This document shows positions 8,135 through 14,826 of a stretch of DNA of 32,000 bases, one piece after another. The DNA is taken from assembly GCF_000008465.1 (NCBI RefSeq), contig NC_006512.1:60001-92000 (forward strand), written 5' to 3'. The position numbers were made by a program, and so were the translations under genes. Position 1 is the stretch's first letter; the number at the start of each line of letters is the position of its first letter. The notes beneath the pieces were generated by a model. The model was not told the DNA's origin and searched no databases. It saw only the letters and a program-made list of their open reading frames with translations. The stretch comes from Idiomarina loihiensis L2TR. Lineage in GTDB: Bacteria; Pseudomonadota; Gammaproteobacteria; Enterobacterales; Alteromonadaceae.

Positions 8135-8782
8135 TTACCCCAAATGTCCTGTCTTAACCCAAATTATGGTTTCTCTATCAACAAAGGGATGGTGCACGCT
8201 CGTGTGTGGACTGCGCATCCAGGTGCCTTCGGGATAGCGTCCGTGTTCATCACAGAACTCGCCGGATAACACCAGTATTTCTTCGCCGCCCAGGTGGCGG
8301 TGTGGTTTGAACACTTCATTTGCTGGCCACTTTACCAGTGCAACGTGCTCAGTGCCATGACTATGTAACGGCATAACTTCTAGCCCGCCTTGGCCGGGTA
8401 ACCACTCAGCTTCATGGGTGTTAATGCGCACAACTTGAGTGTCGGTTGGTTGGAATTGATGCAGCTTAACCAGTAATTTGCAGCCATCTTTACTAAAGGG
8501 GGCATGTGAGCTTCCTGGTGGGTTACGAATATAAGTACCAGCTGGATAGTCACCGTTTTCATCAGAAAAAACACCTTCGAGAACTAATATTTCCTCACCC
8601 AGTGGATGCTCATGAGTGCTAAATGATGCACCTGGCTTATACTCAACGATGCTGGTCGCACGACCGCGCTCAGCCTCTTCACGCTCCAATAATTTACGAC
8701 GCACACCAGAAGCCGGGCTGTCGACCCACTCCTGTTTCGCCGTTTCAATAATGACTCGTTTAGCAAAATCTAAATTTAACAT
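8135..8782 (-). CDS. Tandem ChrR-type cupin protein (bicupin) lacking an anti-sigma zinc-finger domain
   Basis: Two internally similar cupin units are visible: HEHPLGEEILVLEGVFSDENGDYPAGTYIRNPPGSSHAPF and HRHLGGEEILVLSGEFCDEHGRYPEGTWMRSPHTSVHHPF. No N-terminal HxxxCxxC anti-sigma motif is present. Confidence 0.8.
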   Translation of the reverse strand: MLNLDFAKRVIIETAKQEWVDSPASGVRRKLLEREEAERGRATSIVEYKPGASFSTHEHPLGEEILVLEGVFSDENGDYPAGTYIRNPPGSSHAPFSKDGCKLLVKLHQFQPTDTQVVRINTHEAEWLPGQGGLEVMPLHSHGTEHVALVKWPANEVFKPHRHLGGEEILVLSGEFCDEHGRYPEGTWMRSPHTSVHHPFVDRETIIWVKTGHLG

Positions 8783-8879
8783 TACCTAAGTCTTACATCC
8801 GTCAAAAACCGTATTACACTTACGTAAATTAACACCTTAATAGTTCACGCTGAGCGAAAGACAAAAGGAAAACAGCAGA

Positions 8880-9308
8880 ATGGCTGAAAAAATGATTGTT
8901 GCATGTCCTTCATGCCACAAGAAAAACCGCATTGTGGTCGATAAGAGAAACGAGAACGCTGTTTGCGGTCATTGTCGGTCATTACTTTTTAGCGGGAAAA
9001 TTATTGTCATAAATAGTGATGAATTTCGAGCTCATCAGAGTGCTGATATGCCTCTCATTGTAGACTTTTGGGCGAGTTGGTGTGGGCCTTGCCAGCAGTA
9101 TGGTCCTCATTTCGAACAGGCGGCTACAAATATGCGATATGACGCTCAATTTTTAAAGATAAGTACGGAAAAAGAGCCCCATTTAGCGCAACAATATGCT
9201 GTGCGAAGTATTCCGACAACTCTGTTTGTTAAAAATGGTCAGGAAGTGGCTCGACAAGCTGGTGTCATGTCGGCGTCACAGATTCAGCAGTGGGTAGCTC
9301 GGTATTAA
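8880..9308 (+). CDS. trxC: Thioredoxin 2 (zinc-finger thioredoxin)
   Basis: N-terminal CPSC...x16...CGHC zinc-binding motif followed by a thioredoxin fold with the active site WCGPC. Length 142 aa. AAGGAAAA lies upstream of the ATG. Confidence 0.92.
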   Translation: MAEKMIVACPSCHKKNRIVVDKRNENAVCGHCRSLLFSGKIIVINSDEFRAHQSADMPLIVDFWASWCGPCQQYGPHFEQAATNMRYDAQFLKISTEKEPHLAQQYAVRSIPTTLFVKNGQEVARQAGVMSASQIQQWVARY

Positions 9309-9375
9309 TACGCTCAATTATCCTCTGGTACGGGGTTTGCTCACCTGAGCATCTGGCTTCTCCGGAAACTTATGT

Positions 9376-9792
9376 TTAAAACAACTGCGTAATACCCAGC
9401 AAAATAGCGTAGCGGCCAGCTTTACTAATGAAAACCAGAATCAAAAATTGCCAGAAGGTTAATCGCAGCATACCGGCTATAAACGTAAGAGGGTCACCAA
9501 TGAAGGGAGCCCAGGCCATCAGCAGCGACCACTTACCAAAGCGTTCAAACCAGCGATGACCACGGGCAAGAGATTTAGGTTTGAACGGGAACCAGCGGCG
9601 ATCCTGATACCGTACCAAAAAACGGCCCAGAACATAGTTGACTACTGACCCCAGCGTATTACCGATTGAGGCTAGCCACCAGATTATCCAGACATCGTAA
9701 TCCATGCGCTGGGCTGCCACGACCACAAACTCAGACTGAGCAGGCAGTATTGTGGCGGCCAGAAAGGCTGTCAGAAATATACTTAAATACAT
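9376..9792 (-). CDS. yqaA: YqaA/DedA-related small inner-membrane protein (SNARE-associated domain)
   Basis: 138 aa and strongly hydrophobic, with MYLSIFLTAFLAATILPAQSE...WAPFIGDPLTFIAGMLRL typical of the YqaA family. Confidence 0.75.
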   Translation of the reverse strand: MYLSIFLTAFLAATILPAQSEFVVVAAQRMDYDVWIIWWLASIGNTLGSVVNYVLGRFLVRYQDRRWFPFKPKSLARGHRWFERFGKWSLLMAWAPFIGDPLTFIAGMLRLTFWQFLILVFISKAGRYAILLGITQLF

Positions 9793-9914
9793 AAAACCCT
9801 ATTACGTGGCACAGCTTATAACGGATGTCATCAGTGTACTGGAAATGACAAACACAAAAGTTTTTGACTACACTCAACAATGAACACTCATCAATAAAGC
9901 AGAGAGGTACCTCA

Positions 9915-10250
9915 ATGGCATTTGAAAAATGTCCAAAGTGTGAAGATCAGGTACTGGATAATAACTATAGCTGTCCTGCCTGTGGTTTTGTGAAGAGTGA
10001 AAAATCGGAACAAGAGAACCAACCGGGCGAAAACAGCGCTATTACGTCTGAGAACACATCGAAAAGTTTGCAGATACAAGGTGTGTTATCGCTCGTTATT
10101 CTTATCGTGGGTGTGCTTTGGTTCTTTTTAACCTCAGAAGAATCTCAACAAAGTAACGAAATCAATGTGATACCTCTGGTTATGTTTATCGGCGGTCTTA
10201 TCTGGTACATAGTGACGCGCTTTCGAATCTGGCGTTCGCACTCTTCTTAA
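9915..10250 (+). CDS. Zinc-ribbon membrane protein, function unknown
   Basis: ATG at 9915 is preceded by AGAGAGG (9901-9907); the track ORF starts at a TTG at 9864. It has a CPKC...x11...CPAC zinc ribbon, an acidic/polar linker, then two hydrophobic helices (VLSLVILIVGVLWFFL and IPLVMFIGGLIWYIV). Confidence 0.6.
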   Translation: MAFEKCPKCEDQVLDNNYSCPACGFVKSEKSEQENQPGENSAITSENTSKSLQIQGVLSLVILIVGVLWFFLTSEESQQSNEINVIPLVMFIGGLIWYIVTRFRIWRSHSS

Positions 10251-10272
10251 ATGGACTTACGTAAAAGCACAA

Positions 10273-10299
10273 AAGCCCAACAACACCGTTGCTGGGCTT
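10273..10299. terminator. Hairpin between convergent genes (AAGCCCAaCAA-caccg-TTGCTGGGCTT)
   Basis: 11-bp stem with one mismatch. On the minus strand it is followed by tttgtgctttt, so it most likely terminates the TonB-dependent receptor gene. On the plus strand it is followed by acgagtctttt. Confidence 0.6.
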
Positions 10300-10370
10300 A
10301 CGAGTCTTTTGTTCATCAGTCTTTTATACGCATCAACCGATGAATGGCTCTTTACGACGCACGCAATGCT

Positions 10371-12422
10371 TTAAAAATCATAGGTGGCAGAAAGGCGAAT
10401 GTCACGACCGGCCTCATAAGGCCCCACCACGGTTGGGAACACTTCGCTGTAGTCACCGACACTTGAATGGTTTATGTATTGCTCGTCCAGCAGGTTAGTT
10501 ACCGCTATGTTCACCGAAAAGTTGTTAGTAATATCCCACGCGCTATAGAGATCAACAACGGTATAACTTGGCTTGTTCAAAGTATACAGCGAGTCGGTCC
10601 AGCCATTCTCCAGCGCCTGATGCAGGGTTTTAATATGAATGTCATCTACTCGAGTCACATTAAAGCCAAAGCTCAGGTCGTTTGTAACAAAGTAGTCTGC
10701 ACCCAAAACAATAGTGTTACCACGGCTGTTACCCAAACCATTAAACTCATAGGCGTTCAAATCGATTGAATCATAACTCTCAGTGTACAAGCCGTCGCGC
10801 GGAGAAAGCTCAGAGTCTGCGCTGGAAAAGCCGAAGTACATGTCCAGAGAGTTCCAACGATACGCAAGGTTAAATTCAACACCTGTCGACTCAACGTCAC
10901 CAATGTTGTTGTAGACAGAGTTCCCTGCAAAACCACTGAAAATGACGTCATATATGGTTGACTGATAAACACTGAATTTTGCATTCAGATTATTAGCACT
11001 GTACTCAATCGAGGTTTCGATGTTCTCAACCGTTTCCGGTACGACATCACCGGCGACAACGGGAATATCGTTTCCGTCGTAAAGGTATTCGTCCAGAGTA
11101 AAGCCATCGCCAATTTCTTTACCTCTGGCGGCCTCGGCGTAACTTAATCCAAACTTCCATGCCTGCGACAACTGATACGACAAACCGGCGTTAAAGCTAA
11201 GCTCACTGTCATCGAGGCTCGCCGGCGTATCCGTTACAGGCTCGCCAGAATACTCATCAAGCAGAATTTGTTGCTGAAATTCATAGTCGTCATAGCGCAC
11301 GCCGTAGCTAAACAAAAGATCGGCTGTAATATGACTATGCGCTTGCGCGTAAACGCCTAATACACTGCTTTCTTCTGAGTTTTCTTTCGGGCCGGCAGCA
11401 GGGCCACTTTCTACCTCATCACTGCGGTAATCGACGCCGTAAGTAAAGCTGTGGTTGAGAGTTTCGCTGGTATTGCGAATATCAAAACCCTGAGTGTCAA
11501 TTTCAGCTAACCAATCAAAACGGCCACCGCGAAACGATGAGCTTGTCTGGTAAGCGGTTGCTTTAAGGTACACCGCGTCACTGTGGTCAAACCGGTAATT
11601 GGCGACATAGGTGTCACGTTTAGCCGCGCTTGGATAAAGCGGCGAACCTTCGGGTACAACCCAGTTCGGGCGAGCAGAGAATTCACCTTCTTCATCGCGC
11701 TGCTCAAAACTGAATGACACATAATGATTATTGGCAATGTCACCACTTGCTTTTAAAAAGGTGAGGTCCTGGTCTGCTGCTGTACCGTATATTTTATTAT
11801 CGTCACCGTCTTCCATGGTGTTGCGGTCAACGGTACTGAAATAGCCTAAAAGACCAAATGAGTCATTAAGCTTCCCGTATAACGTGCCGCTGTAACGCGT
11901 GCCATCATTAGAGAAGTAGTTCGCTTTTAAACGACCGCCAAACTGCTCGTCATTGTGCAGTAAGTCCTGAGCATCTTTTGTCTTGAAGCGTATTGAGCCG
12001 CCAATAGCTCCAGGGCCACTGGTCGCCTCGCCAGCGCCGGCCTGTACGTCTATTTGTTTGAGTAAATCTGGGTCCAGGGTTACGCGACCAATATGGTGAA
12101 ACAGGGTGGAAGTTTGCTGCGCACCATCTACCGTCACATTAAGGTATGCATCTTCAAGGCCGCGAATATAAATCTTTTGGGCTACACCAACAGAACCACC
12201 TACGCTTACCGAGGGAGATTCCCGGAAAATGTCAGCAAGGTCATTCGCCTGAAACTGCTCTATGTCGTCTGCAGTTACACTAAAGTTTGTGGCGGCGCCA
12301 ACGACAGAAATTCGCTCTATTTGTTTCTCTTCTTTATCGCTATTTTCAACATCCGCTGTCTGCGCAAACAGGACTGGGCTAAATAGCGAAAACACCGCTC
12401 CAGTAAAGATAAACTTATTCAA
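10371..12422 (-). CDS. TonB-dependent outer-membrane receptor
   Basis: 683 aa with signal peptide MNKFIFTGAVFSLFSPVLFAQT, a TonB-box-like IERISVVGA, a plug domain (DIFRESPSVSVGG...IYIRGLE) and a beta-barrel ending in the aromatic C-terminus ...RLSATYDF. The substrate cannot be assigned from sequence alone. Confidence 0.92.
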   Translation of the reverse strand: MNKFIFTGAVFSLFSPVLFAQTADVENSDKEEKQIERISVVGAATNFSVTADDIEQFQANDLADIFRESPSVSVGGSVGVAQKIYIRGLEDAYLNVTVDGAQQTSTLFHHIGRVTLDPDLLKQIDVQAGAGEATSGPGAIGGSIRFKTKDAQDLLHNDEQFGGRLKANYFSNDGTRYSGTLYGKLNDSFGLLGYFSTVDRNTMEDGDDNKIYGTAADQDLTFLKASGDIANNHYVSFSFEQRDEEGEFSARPNWVVPEGSPLYPSAAKRDTYVANYRFDHSDAVYLKATAYQTSSSFRGGRFDWLAEIDTQGFDIRNTSETLNHSFTYGVDYRSDEVESGPAAGPKENSEESSVLGVYAQAHSHITADLLFSYGVRYDDYEFQQQILLDEYSGEPVTDTPASLDDSELSFNAGLSYQLSQAWKFGLSYAEAARGKEIGDGFTLDEYLYDGNDIPVVAGDVVPETVENIETSIEYSANNLNAKFSVYQSTIYDVIFSGFAGNSVYNNIGDVESTGVEFNLAYRWNSLDMYFGFSSADSELSPRDGLYTESYDSIDLNAYEFNGLGNSRGNTIVLGADYFVTNDLSFGFNVTRVDDIHIKTLHQALENGWTDSLYTLNKPSYTVVDLYSAWDITNNFSVNIAVTNLLDEQYINHSSVGDYSEVFPTVVGPYEAGRDIRLSATYDF

Positions 12423-12457
12423 AACAGTTCCCCCTTTAGATTTTATTAAATCTAAAT

Positions 12458-12476
12458 GAGAATGATTATATTGTTC
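12458..12476. promoter_or_regulatory. Candidate Fur box upstream of the TonB-dependent receptor
   Basis: GAGAATGATTATATTGTTC matches the 19-bp Fur consensus GATAATGATAATCATTATC at 13/19 positions by my hand alignment. It lies 36-54 bp upstream of the receptor ATG. Confidence 0.5.
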
Positions 12477-12699
12477 ATTTGAAATAAAACAAGGCCTTCG
12501 GGATTGCCACAGAATAAGTTATTCAGAGGATTGCATGCGTGGGGCTGCTATCCGTCGAGATATCGTTAGATGCTTGCGAGGAAAAAGCAGAAATACGAAG
12601 TTATTTTCAGTAATGGACATACATATCTCTAAGAGCCGTCTATACTTTTAAATAGCGTCATAATTGAATGATGCTGACAAACTCTTTAAGGAGTTGACA

Positions 12700-12822
12700 A
12701 TGGATACGCAAAAAAATAAAGGTTCACAAACGCCAAACAAACCAGGCGAACAGAAGCAGGCAGCACCCGGTCAGCAAAAAGACCAAAAGCAATCTGAGCA
12801 TGCACCTGCTAAAAAAGCGTAA
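12700..12822 (+). CDS. Unannotated 40-aa hydrophilic K/Q/P-rich small protein
   Basis: It falls below the ORF-track size cutoff. AAGGAG (12688-12693) sits 6 nt before the ATG at 12700. The translation is MDTQKNKGSQTPNKPGEQKQAAPGQQKDQKQSEHAPAKKA, with a TAA at 12820-12822. A canonical intrinsic terminator starts 18 nt later. Confidence 0.45.
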   Translation: MDTQKNKGSQTPNKPGEQKQAAPGQQKDQKQSEHAPAKKA

Positions 12823-12839
12823 TTAATTACGCAATCCCG

Positions 12840-12867
12840 AGCCCAGTGTAATTTGCTGGGCTTTTTT
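12840..12867 (+). terminator. Rho-independent terminator (AGCCCAG-tgtaatttg-CTGGGCT + T6)
   Basis: 7-bp GC-rich stem followed directly by TTTTTT. It lies after the 40-aa ORF and also sits 28 nt beyond the stop of the convergent AraC-MGMT gene. Confidence 0.7.
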
Positions 12868-12894
12868 GTAGGGGCTAATAAAGTTTTTCAGCAA

Positions 12895-13737
12895 CTATAC
12901 TTCTATTGGCTTTTCGCACAGCAGCTCCCACGCCTGAAGCATCTCTTTCTTCGCAGAACCCCAGCGATACCGGCCTAAAGCGCCGCTTTTCTGAATAACA
13001 CGGTGACACGGAATTAGCATTGCAACAGGATTAGCTCCAACAGCATTACCAACTGCACGAGATGCCCCTGGGCAATCGAGTACATTGGCAATTTGCGAAT
13101 AGCTCGCCAGCTTTCCCGGTGGTATCCTCAATAACGCTCGCCATACGGCCACTTGGAAATTAGTACCCATAACGTGCAATGACAAGGGGTTAGACTGCCC
13201 GTCTTTTAACCGACTAAACAGTACGTTAGCCACATAGTTCGTCGCGTTTTCGTTGCTTACGAGCGCGGCTTTGGGCCAGTCTTTGCATAAATCAGTAAGT
13301 ATCTCGTCAACAGCTCTGGAGCCCAAAAACTCAATGCGGCATACGCCCCGTGGAGTAATTGCGACAAATATCTTACCAAAAGGAGTTTCATTTACGCCGT
13401 ATTGGATAGTAACTCCCTGGCCTTCGTTCTTGTATTCACCTGGCGTTACGGCTTCTAGCTTTACAAAGTGGTCATACAGTCGGGAGCCTCCGCTTAAACC
13501 CATGCTGAGGGAAACATCCATAAGAGAGCTTTCTCCCTTCAGCATTCGTTTGCTTCGCTCCAGCGTAAGGGCCTGCAGGAAGCGTTTCGGTGTGGTGCCT
13601 GCCCATTTACAAAACACCCGATGGAAGTGGAACGGACTGAGATGAACATGAGCAGCAACGTCTTCCAGGGTCGGCTGGCTCGATACATGCCCTGACATAT
13701 AGGTCATGGCTTTTTCAATGCGAGTGTAGTCAGACAT
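12895..13737 (-). CDS. AraC-type HTH fused to methylated-DNA-protein-cysteine methyltransferase (Ada-like, without an N-terminal Zn domain)
   Basis: The N-terminal AraC HTH reads LEDVAAHVHLSPFHFHRVFCKWAGTTPKRFLQALTLERSKRML. The C-terminal MGMT domain has the active site IPCHRVI and the DNA-binding segment SYSQIANVLDCPGASRAVGNAVGANP. The ATG at 13737 is preferred over the TTG at 13743. Confidence 0.9.
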   Translation of the reverse strand: MSDYTRIEKAMTYMSGHVSSQPTLEDVAAHVHLSPFHFHRVFCKWAGTTPKRFLQALTLERSKRMLKGESSLMDVSLSMGLSGGSRLYDHFVKLEAVTPGEYKNEGQGVTIQYGVNETPFGKIFVAITPRGVCRIEFLGSRAVDEILTDLCKDWPKAALVSNENATNYVANVLFSRLKDGQSNPLSLHVMGTNFQVAVWRALLRIPPGKLASYSQIANVLDCPGASRAVGNAVGANPVAMLIPCHRVIQKSGALGRYRWGSAKKEMLQAWELLCEKPIEV

Positions 13738-13902
13738 AATCAATACCTTTAAACGTAACGAATTGATACACCACCATCCACTAATAAGGTGGAACTGCAG
13801 GTAAGATTAGAAGTATCACACGCTTACTATAATGCCGACCCGAAGCTTGCTATCTGGAGACAAGTGACCTCGAATTCAGACTGAATCGATTTTTTCATAA
13901 AC

Positions 13903-13922
13903 GGGTGTCACTTGTTACACCC
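13903..13922. promoter_or_regulatory. 20-bp near-palindrome GGGTGTCACTTGTTACACCC, a candidate operator upstream of the TetR gene
   Basis: 8 of 10 symmetric positions pair. It lies about 100 bp upstream of the TetR start. Its core GTCACTTGT (13907-13915) recurs inverted as ACAAGTGAC at 13860-13868. Confidence 0.35.
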
Positions 13923-14020
13923 TATTGCTAATAAGCACTTCTATTTTAAGTTATATTGTAGCGCTTAAAACCATTTAGAAAATTAGGAACGTTCAGGCGA
14001 CGTAATTAGAGGTTCTATTA

Positions 14021-14632
14021 ATGCAACGAACAAAAAAAGCGGCAACCAAACGCCAGCATATTCTTGAGACGGGGTACCGGTTGGTACTTAAAAAAGGCTT
14101 TGCTGCGGTGGGGTTGCAGGAAATTCTTAAGAGTTGTGGTATCCCAAAAGGTTCCTTCTATCATTATTTTCCATCGAAGGAAGCCTTTGGTTGCGAGTTG
14201 TTGAAAGAGTACACCAATGATTACGGATGTAAGTTTGAGCAGCTGCTTACGGCATCGGGTAGTGGCCGAGACAATTTAATGCGTTACTGGGATGCCTGGA
14301 TAGCTGACCCTGATGACCCGACACGTGGTTGGGCGGAAGAGTGTCTGGTGGTGAAGCTTGCGGCTGAGGTTGCAGACATGTCTGAGACTATGCGGCAGAT
14401 CCTGGATGATGGCGTGCAGCAGCTCATAGTAAAGATTGCGACTTTGATTGAGAATGGTCGTAGTGATGGCTCGCTAGCTGATGGAGCTCCTCCCCTTCAA
14501 TTGGCTCGGATGCTTTACCAGATGTGGATGGGTGCGGCATTGCTCGCTAAATTAAGCCAGGACAAGGAACCTCTACATGAAGCGCGGAATTCAACTCTTC
14601 TAATGCTGGATTGCAGCGATACTAAGGCTTAA
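14021..14632 (+). CDS. TetR/AcrR-family transcriptional regulator
   Basis: The N-terminal TetR HTH reads RQHILETGYRLVLKKGFAAVGLQEILKSCGIPKGSFYHYFPSKEAF. Length 203 aa. AGAGG lies 8 nt upstream of the ATG. Confidence 0.9.
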   Translation: MQRTKKAATKRQHILETGYRLVLKKGFAAVGLQEILKSCGIPKGSFYHYFPSKEAFGCELLKEYTNDYGCKFEQLLTASGSGRDNLMRYWDAWIADPDDPTRGWAEECLVVKLAAEVADMSETMRQILDDGVQQLIVKIATLIENGRSDGSLADGAPPLQLARMLYQMWMGAALLAKLSQDKEPLHEARNSTLLMLDCSDTKA

Positions 14633-14719
14633 AAGGCCGTTATCCGCTATACCCGAGTTCACCGGCTCATCACTCTGAGTCGATTTGACAGAATTGCTCA
14701 TTGTCCGCTACAGTTAAGA

Positions 14720-14736
14720 ATAGACCGGTCGTCTAT
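14720..14736. promoter_or_regulatory. Palindrome ATAGAC-cggtc-GTCTAT upstream of the aldehyde dehydrogenase gene (candidate operator)
   Basis: 6-bp perfect arms about 90-107 bp upstream of the ATG at 14827. A second imperfect palindrome, TCTAAAACC-tgat-TGGTTTAGA, lies at 14762-14783. Confidence 0.3.
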
Positions 14737-14826
14737 AGCGCAAGGCGTTAAAACACGTCGATCTAAAACCTGATTGGTTTAGAGAATTTACCAATGTTTA
14801 CTTATAGACAATGAACGGGAGATAGA

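Noticed and set aside
10289-10769. Plus-strand ORFs 10289-10498 and 10467-10769
   Set aside because: The first begins inside the terminator hairpin region, and both run antisense into the 3' end of the TonB-dependent receptor gene. Neither has an RBS, and the sequences are not protein-like.
12512-12524. Palindrome GAATAAgTTATTC as a second Fur box
   Set aside because: It matches the 7-1-7 Fur consensus at only about 8/14 positions by hand alignment. AT-rich palindromes of this size are expected by chance in promoter regions.
12423-12700. Possible cobalamin or other riboswitch in the leader of the TonB-dependent receptor
   Set aside because: I could not find a B12-box-like element on the minus strand. 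The Fur-box candidate lies only ~36 bp from the ATG, which leaves a short leader incompatible with a riboswitch aptamer.
13253-13645. 130-aa plus-strand ORF inside the AraC-MGMT gene
   Set aside because: It is antisense to a gene with unmistakable AraC HTH and PCHR motifs, and I recognise no motifs of its own.
13955-13975. Ada-box-like AAGCGC sequence (ttaagcgctac on the minus strand)
   Set aside because: It is only a partial match to AAAGCGCA, about 220 bp from the AraC-MGMT start, and closer to the TetR gene. The evidence is insufficient.
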